From positions 320,001 to 384,000 of the forward strand of contig OY762940.1 in the NCBI GenBank assembly GCA_963667255.1: DNA of 64,000 bases. Reading direction: 5' to 3'. The stretch is from Candidatus Cloacimonadota bacterium (GTDB taxonomy: Bacteria > Cloacimonadota > Cloacimonadia > G963667145). Below, piece by piece: positions 39,888 through 50,274 of this stretch (position 1 is its first letter; each line of letters begins with the position of its first letter). The translations under genes and the position numbers were made by a program. The notes beneath the pieces are model-generated. The model was not told where the DNA came from. It saw only the letters and a list, made by a program, of their open reading frames with translations, and did no database searches.

Positions 39888-41051
39888 ATGGGAACAAAAA
39901 ATTTTCAAAAAAATCAAAATCATTTAGAGTATCAAGAAAAAATAAATCTTGGTGCATTCTATACTCCAACAAAATATGTAAACATAGCATGGGGAATGAT
40001 AAAGCCTTTTTTAGATAATAAATGTGTTGTTTTGGATAGTTCTTGCGGTTACGGCAACTTCCTTGACTTCGAATTTAATTGTCAAAAAAAAGCAAACGAC
40101 ATTGATAAAACTGCTGTCAATCAAACAAAAAATAATTTACCCCAAGTCGATGTTTATAATGAAAATGCTTTGCTGGGAGTAAACAGAAAAATGTTCAATA
40201 TTCCCGATAGTAGTAAATTAATTATTATTGGAAATCCTCCCTACAATGATACAACTTCTATAATAAGAAATAGTATAAAAAGCAATAACTTGAGAATGGA
40301 TTATGACATAAAAACTAGAGATTATGGAATCTCTTTTTTATTGTCGTATGCAAAATTAAATGCTGATATAATTTGTGTTCTACACCCACTATCTTACCTA
40401 ATAAAAAAATCTAATTTCAATTTGTTAAAAAATTTTACCAAAAACTATAACTTGATTGATGGGGTAGTTATAGATAGTGGAACTTTCAAAGAAACTTCCA
40501 AAGGAATTTCTTTCCCTATACTAATTGCATTATACAAGAAAGATAAATATGGAATGAATTATGAATATGTTCAAAAATATAGTTTTAAAGCAATAGATAA
40601 GAAAGTTTTTTCCTTAAATAATTTTGATTTTATTCCTAATTACATTAATAAATACCCATTAAAAAATGTTGAACCAAATGAAAATGATCTTTTGTTTTGG
40701 ACAATGAGAGATATAAATGCTTTAAGAAGAAATAGAACTTTTATCCATAAATTTGGAAACAATGCTATCATTATAGACAAAAAAAAATTGGACTACTATA
40801 TTTATGTAGATGTATTTAAGCAATTTAGCCATTTTATTCCATATTATTTTGGTAATTTAGATGTATTCATAAATAATGAGGAATTTGAGAGAAAAAAAAA
40901 ATATTTTATTTATGAATGTTTGACAAGAAACAATTTTCTAAAAAACCATATCCAATGTGACAACAATATTTCTTTGCAAGAGGCAAGAAAACATATAGTA
41001 AACTACTTTAAATCCATAATAGGAAATCATTATGTCTATCAAAATAATTGA
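39888..41051 (+). CDS. Adenine DNA methyltransferase (gamma-class motif order), cognate of the PabI-family endonuclease
   Basis: LGAFYTP, motif I VLDSSCGYGNFL before motif IV IIGNPPYND; very AT-rich; overlaps the next gene by 20 nt. Confidence 0.9.
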   Translation: MGTKNFQKNQNHLEYQEKINLGAFYTPTKYVNIAWGMIKPFLDNKCVVLDSSCGYGNFLDFEFNCQKKANDIDKTAVNQTKNNLPQVDVYNENALLGVNRKMFNIPDSSKLIIIGNPPYNDTTSIIRNSIKSNNLRMDYDIKTRDYGISFLLSYAKLNADIICVLHPLSYLIKKSNFNLLKNFTKNYNLIDGVVIDSGTFKETSKGISFPILIALYKKDKYGMNYEYVQKYSFKAIDKKVFSLNNFDFIPNYINKYPLKNVEPNENDLLFWTMRDINALRRNRTFIHKFGNNAIIIDKKKLDYYIYVDVFKQFSHFIPYYFGNLDVFINNEEFERKKKYFIYECLTRNNFLKNHIQCDNNISLQEARKHIVNYFKSIIGNHYVYQNN

Positions 41052-41799
41052 TGAGAAAAATAAGTCTTTAATCGTTGAAATCCCTCTTACGACAACCTCG
41101 GGGAAAATTAGAGTTAAAGAAAGAAATAACATTTATGGTTATGGACAGCCATTTGCCAGCAGAAGCAAAAAATTTAATCAAAAAAATTATATCGAATGGC
41201 AAATTGGTTATGATGTAGAAATAACAAACAAAAAAATAGAATTAACTACTTTAAAAAATTTAAATTTTGATGCATATAATGGGAAAACTAAAGCCATTTA
41301 TGAACTAAGTGAATATCTTTACTACCTAACAACTTTTAATTTATTTTCTATCAAGCAATTAGATGATTTAAAAAGAAGTATTGAAAATTTAAACGAAGAC
41401 GATTTAATCTCCAAACACAGACATTGTGCAATAAAAAGGACTCATCCAAATAACGAAATAATTAATGACTTAGACTTTGAAGTCCTAACTGTAGAATATC
41501 CTCAATTAATCCATAAATTTGGCGATTATGAAATCATTGCTGAAATCACCATAAGAGAAAAACAAAGAGCTGTTGGTGTTCAACCGATGCTATATTTTTG
41601 TTTCCCAATAACTGAATTAAAAACAGATATCCCGTTAATTGGAAGATGTGCAGAGATAAAAGAAGTTGCAAGTTTTGAAATTAATAAAAAGAATTCATTT
41701 ATAATTCTTGAAATGATTAAAATATTTGGTATGCTGAGTCCTTCCCATCAATATGATACTTTACAAATTTTAGAATTAATCATAAAAAAAATTGGATAA
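41032..41799 (+). CDS. R.PabI-family restriction enzyme (HALFPIPE-fold DNA glycosylase type)
   Basis: VEIPLT..SGKIRVK, YIEWQIGYD, YELSE, KQRAVGVQPMLYFC.P and FGMLS..H..D, recognised as R.PabI/R.HpyAXII-like; adjacent to an m6A MTase. Confidence 0.85.
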   Translation: MSIKIIDEKNKSLIVEIPLTTTSGKIRVKERNNIYGYGQPFASRSKKFNQKNYIEWQIGYDVEITNKKIELTTLKNLNFDAYNGKTKAIYELSEYLYYLTTFNLFSIKQLDDLKRSIENLNEDDLISKHRHCAIKRTHPNNEIINDLDFEVLTVEYPQLIHKFGDYEIIAEITIREKQRAVGVQPMLYFCFPITELKTDIPLIGRCAEIKEVASFEINKKNSFIILEMIKIFGMLSPSHQYDTLQILELIIKKIG

Positions 41800-42547
41800 C
41801 ACTATGCAAACCAAAATAACCAAAATCTGCGATTTTATCAAAAAGCAAGTGAACGGCAACGGCTTCCAAAAGGTTGTCGTCGGTCTCTCTGGTGGGATAG
41901 ACTCCGCTCTGGTCGCCACTCTCTGCGTGCAGGCTCTCGGCAAAGAGAATGTTTTCGGAGTTCTTATGCCCTACAAAACTTCTGATGAAAACAGCAAGAA
42001 AGACGCTTTGACTATTGTGAAGTTTTTGGACATCAAACACAAAATACGCGAAATAACATCAATGGTGGACGCCTACTTCGCCGAGGAAAATCCTACCGCT
42101 CTGCAAAAAGGCAACTTCTGTGCGAGAATGCGGATGGCGACACTCTTCGACTACGCCCAAAAAACTAATGCCCTGGTCGCCGGCACTGGAAACAAAAGCG
42201 AGCTCCTCATCGGCTATTGCACACTCTACGGCGACTCTGCTTGCAGTTTCGAGCCTATCGGGCACATCTACAAAACACAAGTTTGGCAAATGGCGAAAGA
42301 ACTGAATGTTCCCCAAGAGATAATCAACAAGCCCCCGACAGCAGACCTGTGGTGCGGGCAAACCGACGAAAGTGAGCTCGGATTGGACTACCCGACTCTC
42401 GACAAAATCTTGGTGGACTTGTGGGACAAAAAATTGTCCGAAAAAGATTTGATACATAAATACGGGCAAACAGCTATCAAAAAAGTTATCTCATTGGTCG
42501 CCAAAAGCCAATTCAAACGCTGTATGCCACCCGTGCCTTCTGCATAA
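41792..42547 (+). CDS. nadE: NH3-dependent NAD+ synthetase
   Basis: VVGLSGGIDSA, GN..AR.RM, GTGNKSE, GY.TLYGD, KPPTADL, QTDE motifs; start may be the ATG at 41804. Confidence 0.95.
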   Translation: MDNTMQTKITKICDFIKKQVNGNGFQKVVVGLSGGIDSALVATLCVQALGKENVFGVLMPYKTSDENSKKDALTIVKFLDIKHKIREITSMVDAYFAEENPTALQKGNFCARMRMATLFDYAQKTNALVAGTGNKSELLIGYCTLYGDSACSFEPIGHIYKTQVWQMAKELNVPQEIINKPPTADLWCGQTDESELGLDYPTLDKILVDLWDKKLSEKDLIHKYGQTAIKKVISLVAKSQFKRCMPPVPSA

Positions 42548-42550
42548 AAA

Positions 42551-43276
42551 ATGGGTAAAAATAATCTTCCCGACACTCCATTTTCGGAAGTGTTGCAAGA
42601 TTTTCTCCTAAGCAGCTTTCCGAACATAGCCAACTACAAATTCCCGCTGAAATCGCCGAAAAAGGCTCAATTCCCATCCGAAAATCTTATAAGCGAGGAA
42701 ACGGCTTTCAAGTCTCTTTTTTGTGCTGCAATTCATCGTCTGATAACAAGCGATGACTACATGGATGACGAAAAAAAAGGTATTCTCGAATGGCTTAAAC
42801 AACAACCAGCCGAAAAAATCCTCGAAATCATTCGCCTACATCTCACACAGTCGGACTCCATTGAAATAATTTCTCCCGAGAGTTCCACAGAACAAAAAAC
42901 GGAAATTTTGGACAACATCGTCACACAGTTTTGGCAAATCGAACATCTGGAGAGCATGGCTTTACCCGACAGATTGCGAATCCTCCTACAACTCTTGGTA
43001 GAAGGCATGCTAATTCACAATAAATCCCTCACCAAAGAGGTCGATTATCTGCAAATAATGATTAGCAAAATGACAAGCAAAAAGCTCTTGGACATCGTCA
43101 ACAAATACATCCCCGACAATCCGTATCAATTCCTCCTGCACGCCTGCTATGATGTAAAAACAACCGAAGAAGATGGGATTACTTGTAAAAGAATCGTGAG
43201 CGGATTTGTCACTCACTGGCTAAATCTATCAGAAGAAAAACGAGAAGAAATCAAGAGCAAATCCAAAATCACTTGA
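42551..43276 (+). CDS. Hypothetical helical protein
   Basis: 241-aa ORF directly after nadE with host-like codon usage; no family recognised. Confidence 0.6.
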   Translation: MGKNNLPDTPFSEVLQDFLLSSFPNIANYKFPLKSPKKAQFPSENLISEETAFKSLFCAAIHRLITSDDYMDDEKKGILEWLKQQPAEKILEIIRLHLTQSDSIEIISPESSTEQKTEILDNIVTQFWQIEHLESMALPDRLRILLQLLVEGMLIHNKSLTKEVDYLQIMISKMTSKKLLDIVNKYIPDNPYQFLLHACYDVKTTEEDGITCKRIVSGFVTHWLNLSEEKREEIKSKSKIT

Positions 43277-44540
43277 GATAAGCCAGCACTTCTCCTATCC
43301 AATACAGCGAACCGCACACCACTATCACTTCGTCCTTGCACGCCAAAGATTTTGCCCGCTCTAAAGCACTCGCCACAGACTGCTCGTAGTAGTAAGAATC
43401 TGTCAGCTTGGAAACTATCTCCTCTTGCAAATGCCCGGCTGCCGCTCTATCACTGGAATTTTGGCAAAAAACAATACACTTGGAGAGAGTCGAAATCATC
43501 GCATACATCTTCTCCAAATTCTTGTCTCGCAATATAGAAGTAACAAAAATCATCTCTCGCTCGGGGAAAATCTCTTTCAGGCTCTTTACCAAACTCTCCA
43601 TCCCCTCTTCGTTGTGAGCACCATCCAAGAGAATCGTCGGATTTTCCGCTACTATCTGCATTCTGCCTTGCCAATCGACAGAGAGCAAACCTTGCTGCAT
43701 TTGATACAAATTCAAAGGCTTATCCTGCTTATTCTCAAACAAACTAAACACCGTCAAAGCACAAGCGGCATTATAAACCTGATGCTCGCCAAGCAAGTTC
43801 GTGGTATATCTGGCGGAAATGCCCTGATAAAATGAGTAAAAGAACGAAGTGCCACGAGAGTCGGAGCTAACCTTATCCACAAAAAACTCTCTACCCAAAC
43901 GGTAAAGTGGAGCGTTTTTGGACTCGGCAACTACCTCTATCACAGCCAACGCTTCCATAGGGACTTTGCCCACGACCACAGGAACACCCTCTTTGATGAT
44001 TCCCGCTTTCTCGAACGCTATCTGTTTCAGGGTGTTACCCAGAGATTTAACATGGTCAAAGCTGATGGAGGTTATCACGGAGACATCGGGCACAAAAGGA
44101 TTAGTCCCGTCCAATCTACCACCAAGCCCAACCTCGAAAATATTGAACTGCACCTGCTCCAAAGCAAACAACAAAAAAGCCAAAGCTGTGGTCGTCTCGA
44201 AGAAAGAGGCTTCGTTCCGCTCAAAAACAGCTTGGTGTTGCAAATAAAGCTCCATCACTTTCTTGTAATCGACTCTCTCTCCGCTCAAGCGAAATCTCTC
44301 CGTATAGTCCACCAAATGTGGCGAAGAGTTGAAACCAGAGGTATAGAAATTGGATATTGCCAGAGCCTCCAGCATAGCACAAGTTGAACCTTTGCCGTTG
44401 GAGCCGGCTACATGCACGCCCCTGAGCATTTTTTGCGGATTACCGAGTTCCTGTAATATTGCCTCGATTCGCTCAAGACCCAACTTGATATTTCCGGCGT
44501 GCCTCTTATAAATATACTCCAAAAACTCTTGGTAAGTCAT
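43269..44540 (-). CDS. folC: Folylpolyglutamate synthase / dihydrofolate synthase
   Basis: HVAGSNGKGST, SPHL...ER, FE..T, EVGLGGRLDGTN, DH...LG, EKAGI, W.GR, DGAHN, GSLY motifs. Confidence 0.96.
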   Translation of the reverse strand: MTYQEFLEYIYKRHAGNIKLGLERIEAILQELGNPQKMLRGVHVAGSNGKGSTCAMLEALAISNFYTSGFNSSPHLVDYTERFRLSGERVDYKKVMELYLQHQAVFERNEASFFETTTALAFLLFALEQVQFNIFEVGLGGRLDGTNPFVPDVSVITSISFDHVKSLGNTLKQIAFEKAGIIKEGVPVVVGKVPMEALAVIEVVAESKNAPLYRLGREFFVDKVSSDSRGTSFFYSFYQGISARYTTNLLGEHQVYNAACALTVFSLFENKQDKPLNLYQMQQGLLSVDWQGRMQIVAENPTILLDGAHNEEGMESLVKSLKEIFPEREMIFVTSILRDKNLEKMYAMISTLSKCIVFCQNSSDRAAAGHLQEEIVSKLTDSYYYEQSVASALERAKSLACKDEVIVVCGSLYWIGEVLAYLK

Positions 44541-46041
44541 TGAAGATTATCTCCTTTTTCGTCTTAGTATAGAAAACCCGAAAATGGTCTCTCGCCATGT
44601 AAACATCTTCAATGAGATTAACCTTGTTCTCAATCGTTCCAAAAAAATCTTCGCAAGTGTCAATGAACTCCTTGAGCACCGGATGTATCACCACATCCAA
44701 GTCTTTGCCATCCGTAAAATAAGAGACCTTACGCAGCAGCCTTCGCAGATTTATCGCCAAATGGTCTTCCTTGCGAATACTGCCGACACCATCGCATGTA
44801 GGACATCTGAACGAAGTCCTATTCAAAATATTGTTGTTTGACCTCTTTCTGGAAATCTCCACCAAACCAAGTTTGGAAAAAGGATAACAAACCGACTTAC
44901 TACTGTCTTTCGCCAACTCGCTACTCAGATATTCAAAAACCTCATTTTGGTCTTCTCTATTCACCATATCGATAAAATCTATGATGATAATTCCCCCAAG
45001 ATTTCTCAGGCGAATCTGCCGAACAGCCTCTTTGGCAGCCTCTTTATTGATGATTTTGATAGTGGTGTCGTAGTTCTCACCCCTCACAAAACTGCCAGTA
45101 TTGACATCTATCACCACCAGAGCCTCTGTTTGCTCTATTTTGATGTTGCCACCGGAAGGCAAAGGAACAGACGGGTCAAGAGCACCATCTATCTCTTTTT
45201 GAATATTATAGACATCAAACAAAGTGCTTCTCTCGTCATATAGCTCCAACCGATTGACCAAACAAGGCTCAAAACTCTTCAGCTTTTTCTTCATCTCTTC
45301 CAAAAAATCTTTGTCATCAATCACAATCCTATCGGTATCACTCCGCAATAAATCCCTAATCAACAAATTTTGCAAATTGTTTTGGTCATACAGACAACAC
45401 GGAGCTTTATATTCATCAGCCAGTTGGATTTGAGAATAAACCCCTTTCAGCAGATTATACTCTCTTTTATAGTCTTGCTTATTTTTACCGATAGCTTCCG
45501 TCCGCACTATAAACCCGAAACCCTCTTCTCGCACTTCGTCCAAAAGATTCTTTATCTGCGTTCTAATCTTATTATCTTCTATCTTCTTGGAAAATCTTAT
45601 CTTATTGGAGTTAGGCAAAAGAATCAAGAACCTACCGGGGATAGATAACTTCCCCACAACCTTAGCCCCTTTGTCACCCACGGGAGCTCGTTTCACCTGC
45701 ACCACCATCTCTTGTCCCGAATACAGATACTTATCGATGTTGGACGAGTCCGCATCCAAATATTTCAGCCTCTTCCCGGGCACTGTGCTGGCTTTCTCTT
45801 CGTCATCCAGCGACCCGATTACTATATCCTTATAGTGCAAAAACGCCGTTCTCTCCAGCCCAATATCCACAAAAGCAGCACCCATTCCCGGCAACACATC
45901 TTTTACTATCCCTTTATAAATATTACCCAGCACAGTCTGCACATCACTCTTGTCCACCACCAGCTCAACTATCTTATTGTCCTCCATCATCGCCACTCTA
46001 CTGCGGGTAGGACAAATATTTACCAACACTTCCCTTTTCAT
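44506..46041 (-). CDS. rng: Ribonuclease E/G family (RNase G-like length)
   Basis: GNIYKG.V..VLPGM.AAFVDIG (S1), IVRT, LPSGG, TEAL..IDVNTG, RLRNLGGIIIIDFIDM, CPTC.G.G motifs. Confidence 0.9.
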   Translation of the reverse strand: MKREVLVNICPTRSRVAMMEDNKIVELVVDKSDVQTVLGNIYKGIVKDVLPGMGAAFVDIGLERTAFLHYKDIVIGSLDDEEKASTVPGKRLKYLDADSSNIDKYLYSGQEMVVQVKRAPVGDKGAKVVGKLSIPGRFLILLPNSNKIRFSKKIEDNKIRTQIKNLLDEVREEGFGFIVRTEAIGKNKQDYKREYNLLKGVYSQIQLADEYKAPCCLYDQNNLQNLLIRDLLRSDTDRIVIDDKDFLEEMKKKLKSFEPCLVNRLELYDERSTLFDVYNIQKEIDGALDPSVPLPSGGNIKIEQTEALVVIDVNTGSFVRGENYDTTIKIINKEAAKEAVRQIRLRNLGGIIIIDFIDMVNREDQNEVFEYLSSELAKDSSKSVCYPFSKLGLVEISRKRSNNNILNRTSFRCPTCDGVGSIRKEDHLAINLRRLLRKVSYFTDGKDLDVVIHPVLKEFIDTCEDFFGTIENKVNLIEDVYMARDHFRVFYTKTKKEIIFNDLPRVFGVYL

Positions 46042-46084
46042 TGTTAATTAACCTTCATCTAAAATACTCTTTCTTTTATCTCAA

Positions 46085-47437
46085 CTATTTTCCTATGCAA
46101 AAATTCGCAAAAATATTATGCAAAATGTCGTCACTACTCACTTTGCCGACCATCTCTTCCAACGCTCCGCTCGCCAGTCCAAGCTCAAAAGCGATAAATT
46201 CGTAGCCAAGCCCGTTATCGATAGCCTCCAGAGCCTTTGCCAAATAGTGCAAGCAGTTACCGACACAACTCTTTTGTCTAGCGGAACTGATAATCCCACT
46301 CTCCAAATCGTCGCCTATCAGTTGCAACTGCCCCGTGATTTCCGACTTAATCGCTTCCAAACCCTTTGCATTCAAAGTAGAACACAAAAGATATTCATCA
46401 TTTCCTAATTTCTCCAACTCGGAATTTGTCAACAAATCTATCTTATTAAAAACTTTTTTCACCCGCAAAGCACCGGCTTTTTCCGGCAACTCTTGAAACT
46501 GAACTTCGGGACTGCCCACATTCAATATCAAATCCGCATCTTCCAGAAGTTCCAACGTTTTATTAATCCCTTCTTTCTCTATCTCGCAGGCGGTCTCTCG
46601 CAAACCGGCAGTGTCAAAAATCCGCACCAAATAGCCGTCAATGGAAACCATCTCTTCCAGATAATCTCTGGTCGTGCCGGCTATAGGCGTGACTATTGCC
46701 CTGTTCGTCGCCAAAAGTGCATTAAAAATGCTCGATTTACCAGCGTTCGCTCCACCTACCAACACTACGCGAAATCCATCCTTTATTACCGAGCCGTCAT
46801 CCGCTCTGGACAGGAGTTGCTCCATCGCCTCTTTGATAAGCACTATCTTTTGCCTGAAATCGCTCATCACTATCTGCTCCAAGCCCTGCTCCATAAAGTC
46901 AATCTCCAACTCCAACTCCGCACGCCTGTCACTGAGCTGGCTTAGACAAGATTTGATTTTCTCGAAAAGTTTCCCCTGATATTGCCCCGTAGCCAGTTGA
47001 TGAGATTTGGCAGTCTTAGCCCTAATCAAATCGTCAACGGACTCAGCCTTGGTCAAATCCATCTTCCCATTCAGAAAAGCCCGCTTGGTAAACTCCCCGG
47101 GGCTCGCCATCCGAACTCTGCTCAAGAGACATTCCAAAACTTTCCCATAAATATAACTGCTACCGTGCATGGAAATTTCGATTAGATTCTCGCCCGTGTA
47201 ACTGAACGGCGATTTGTAAACACTCACTACAACTTCGTCGATGAACTCATCGCCCTTGCGAAACTCACCCACAACCACTCTGCCACCAACAACATCTTTC
47301 AGAGGAGATTTGCCGTGAAAAAATTCGTCCACAACCGTTATCGCATCCACTCCAGAAACCCTCATCACAGCAAGAGCACCCATACCCTTGGGCGTAGCAA
47401 GAGCAACTATTGTATCGAAATGACTACCACTCATCAA
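46085..47437 (-). CDS. mnmE: tRNA modification GTPase MnmE
   Basis: DTIVALATP, SYTGE, GEFTKRAFLNGKMDL, NAGKSS, GTTRD, DTAGLR, NKID, C-terminal FCIGK. Confidence 0.97.
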   Translation of the reverse strand: MMSGSHFDTIVALATPKGMGALAVMRVSGVDAITVVDEFFHGKSPLKDVVGGRVVVGEFRKGDEFIDEVVVSVYKSPFSYTGENLIEISMHGSSYIYGKVLECLLSRVRMASPGEFTKRAFLNGKMDLTKAESVDDLIRAKTAKSHQLATGQYQGKLFEKIKSCLSQLSDRRAELELEIDFMEQGLEQIVMSDFRQKIVLIKEAMEQLLSRADDGSVIKDGFRVVLVGGANAGKSSIFNALLATNRAIVTPIAGTTRDYLEEMVSIDGYLVRIFDTAGLRETACEIEKEGINKTLELLEDADLILNVGSPEVQFQELPEKAGALRVKKVFNKIDLLTNSELEKLGNDEYLLCSTLNAKGLEAIKSEITGQLQLIGDDLESGIISSARQKSCVGNCLHYLAKALEAIDNGLGYEFIAFELGLASGALEEMVGKVSSDDILHNIFANFCIGK

Positions 47438-47445
47438 AATTTCCG

Positions 47446-48627
47446 TTAGTTAAACCTTTTTATGATACAGCCCTTGCCCATAGAGAGTTCCACGCCCTTC
47501 TCCTCGCCTTTCACCACCTCACGCACATTGTAAATCGCTATCTCCACACCTTCGTTGAGCTTGCCCATCACTTTCAGATACTTCTTATCCACATATTTGA
47601 CATCGTAAGAGCTATAAATCCCTTCCTGCAATTTCTGATTAAACTCAGTAATCTTTTTCAGCAACTCTTCGCTCCTCTCCCTCTGTGCATAATACTCCTT
47701 GTTAAGCACATCCAAACAGTATTTGTAATAAGGGAAAACCTCTATAGACACCGCCAGTGGCAATTGGACACTATTACCAAGATTGGCACAAATCAAAAAA
47801 TCTCCCAGCACGATTTCGCCCGATTTTATCACGCTGAACGCAGAATCGCTCACAACGCTCTTTTGGCAGATAATCTTGCAAGCTGTCAACCCCGAGTCAA
47901 AAAACAGATTCCCACCGGTAACAATCGTCGAGTTGGTCGCAGCAAGCAGACTCACATCGCCGACAGCTTCCACCTTGGAATACTCCATCACATTCTTGTG
48001 CACGATGAGCAAATCGTGAACCTTGACCTGACTGGCGGAGATGCTCCCATGCACTATCAGCTTGCCCATCACCTCTATCTTGGTGTTTATCACATTGCCA
48101 AAAACTTCCAAATCTCCGTAAAACGGCTCATCAACTTCCTGCGACAAATCCTCGCTCACCACGAATTTATCCCGAACATTCAAGCAACCCTTTTCGTCTT
48201 GATAGGGACATCCATCTTTGTCGGAATAGATACCGTTTCTATCGAAAAAAGTGTTGTTCCCCAAAAAATTCTCTTTCACATATTTTTCTACATAATGCTC
48301 TTTATCCCCAAAGCAGTTCAGGTTTTTTTCATCACAAGAGACAGTAGCAAAAAGAGCTTCCTTCTTTATGTAATCGCCACCATTCTCAATCCGATACGAA
48401 ATATTTAGCTCGGGAGTCATCGGCTTTTTCGCCAAAGAAACCTCTCCGTGCAAATCCACTTCCTTCAGAGAAAGGACATCTTCCTGCTTGATGCCCGCTC
48501 TGCTCAAAAGCTCCAGCAACTCACTCTCGTTTTTGTAAGCATCAAAATTCTTACACTTCAGAAAAGCGTGTTGACAGCTATCATCAACCTTTATCAGAAA
48601 ATTCTCAGACTCAAATATTTGTTCCAT
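47446..48627 (-). CDS. FapA/DUF342-like beta-helix protein
   Basis: Repeating beta-solenoid-like segments (F.GDL.V.GNV, V.G.L.V.G, V.A.GDV) followed by a coiled coil; weak recognition. Confidence 0.5.
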   Translation of the reverse strand: MEQIFESENFLIKVDDSCQHAFLKCKNFDAYKNESELLELLSRAGIKQEDVLSLKEVDLHGEVSLAKKPMTPELNISYRIENGGDYIKKEALFATVSCDEKNLNCFGDKEHYVEKYVKENFLGNNTFFDRNGIYSDKDGCPYQDEKGCLNVRDKFVVSEDLSQEVDEPFYGDLEVFGNVINTKIEVMGKLIVHGSISASQVKVHDLLIVHKNVMEYSKVEAVGDVSLLAATNSTIVTGGNLFFDSGLTACKIICQKSVVSDSAFSVIKSGEIVLGDFLICANLGNSVQLPLAVSIEVFPYYKYCLDVLNKEYYAQRERSEELLKKITEFNQKLQEGIYSSYDVKYVDKKYLKVMGKLNEGVEIAIYNVREVVKGEEKGVELSMGKGCIIKRFN

Positions 48628-49279
48628 TCATCACCCCTATTACCGACAATTGGCGACCACTATCTTTGTCTCTGCGATACGAAAAATACCTCTCATCTTC
48701 GTAAGTGCACACCGCACTGCATTCTATATTTTCTCTCTTCACTCCGCACTCTACCAAGTCGGCGACAATCACTCTTTTCAAATCGAGATAATTTTCCATC
48801 GGCTGTTCCACGCCGGTTTCCTCTACAAACTGCTCGTAAATTTGCGACGAAACCTCATAGTTTTGCACACCAATTCCGGGACCAATTCTGACCTGCAAAT
48901 CACAAATCTCCGTCCCGTATTCAGCCTTCATCTTCTTGCAAACCTCTGTGCAAATAGACCTCTGTGTCCCCAGTCTTCCGCTATGAGCACCCGCAACAGC
49001 GTTGTTCGTCTTGTCATAAAAAAGTATCGGAACGCAATCGGCACTCTTCACCACCAAAAGAATGTCCTCCATATCCGTGCAGATAGCGTCCACTATCGGC
49101 AAAGCAAGCTTAGAAAATCCCGAACCCAAATCGGCTCGCTCCACCACTTTTACCAGATTGGAATGCACTTGGTCCATCACCACTACTCTATCCAGAGGCA
49201 CTCCCCAAATATTCCCTCGCTCACGCATCATCGCCAGAGAATCCTCTTTGTCTCCGAATTTCCAAAAAAGCTGACCCAT
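48611..49279 (-). CDS. pgeF: Peptidoglycan editing factor PgeF / YfiH family
   Basis: QVHS, DA..T, SADCVPILF, AHSG..G, IGPGI...YEV, CT, FSYRR...GRQ motifs. Confidence 0.9.
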   Translation of the reverse strand: MGQLFWKFGDKEDSLAMMRERGNIWGVPLDRVVVMDQVHSNLVKVVERADLGSGFSKLALPIVDAICTDMEDILLVVKSADCVPILFYDKTNNAVAGAHSGRLGTQRSICTEVCKKMKAEYGTEICDLQVRIGPGIGVQNYEVSSQIYEQFVEETGVEQPMENYLDLKRVIVADLVECGVKRENIECSAVCTYEDERYFSYRRDKDSGRQLSVIGVMNGTNI

Positions 49280-49281
49280 AC

Positions 49282-50274
49282 CTACTTCGTCCTAATTTTC
49301 TTTATCTTCGCCAGATGCTCTTTGTATGTCTTGGAAAAAACATGATGCCCTCCGCGGGAAGCCACGAAATAGAAATAGTCGGTAACATCAGGTTTCAGAA
49401 CAGATTGGATACTGGAGACAGTCGGACTGCAAATCGGCGTCGGCGGCAACCCCGCATAGAGATAGGTGTTATACGGAGAGTCTATCTTCAAATTTTTGTA
49501 ATAGACCCGATTAACATCCTCGCCACCCTTTTCCAAGATGTAAACTATCGTCGGGTCAGCCTGCAACTTCTGACCAACAGCCAACCGATTGAAATACACA
49601 CTGGCAATCAAGGGCTTCTCCTCAAGGATAACGGACTCCTTTTCCACTATCGATGCCAAAGTCAAAATCTGGTAATAATCGAAGCCTCTTTCGTTCAAAA
49701 AGTCCAAATCTCTGGTAACATAAAAAAACTGCTCCACAATCTTACCCAGCAACTCATCGGCACGAATATTGTCATCAAAAAAATAGGTCTCGGGATATAT
49801 GAAACCTTCCAGAGACTCCACAGGCAAACCGATAAGCCCCACCACAAAAGCGGAATCGTGAGCCAAAGAATCCAAAACAGGATACTCCACCAACTCACTG
49901 GCGACAATCTGCTCCAAACTCTCCCGCAAGGAACTGCCCTCTTTGATAGTCACCTTCGTCAAATAAACTCTGCCCGAGAGCAACACATCCACCACCTGCA
50001 CCATGCTGTTGTGCCCCTGAAACAGATATTTACCGTAAGAGAGCTTTCTGCTGAAACCGCTCATCCGCACATACACATAGAAGAGAAAACGACTTCTGAT
50101 AAGCCCGTTCTCATACAAAATGTGGGAAATCTCCCGAGCCGAAGAGTTCTTGGGAATTTTGATGATAGTCTTGTCTATCTCCAGAGGTCGTGCCATCCAC
50201 CATATTCCCAGCACCACAGACAGAAAAATCATCAGAAGAATCACAGCCAACAACAAAAGCGTGCTCTTTCTCAC
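49282..50274 (-). CDS. mltG: Endolytic transglycosylase MltG (YceG family)
   Basis: N-terminal TM, LEGFIYPETY, LASIVEKE, VYFNRL, LQADPT, SPYNTY...GLPPTPI motifs. Confidence 0.95.
   Translation of the reverse strand: MRKSTLLLLAVILLMIFLSVVLGIWWMARPLEIDKTIIKIPKNSSAREISHILYENGLIRSRFLFYVYVRMSGFSRKLSYGKYLFQGHNSMVQVVDVLLSGRVYLTKVTIKEGSSLRESLEQIVASELVEYPVLDSLAHDSAFVVGLIGLPVESLEGFIYPETYFFDDNIRADELLGKIVEQFFYVTRDLDFLNERGFDYYQILTLASIVEKESVILEEKPLIASVYFNRLAVGQKLQADPTIVYILEKGGEDVNRVYYKNLKIDSPYNTYLYAGLPPTPICSPTVSSIQSVLKPDVTDYFYFVASRGGHHVFSKTYKEHLAKIKKIRTK

Noticed and set aside
42551..43276. Possible TerB-like assignment for the hypothetical after nadE
   Set aside because: Only a faint SDDYMDDE resemblance; not enough to support a call.
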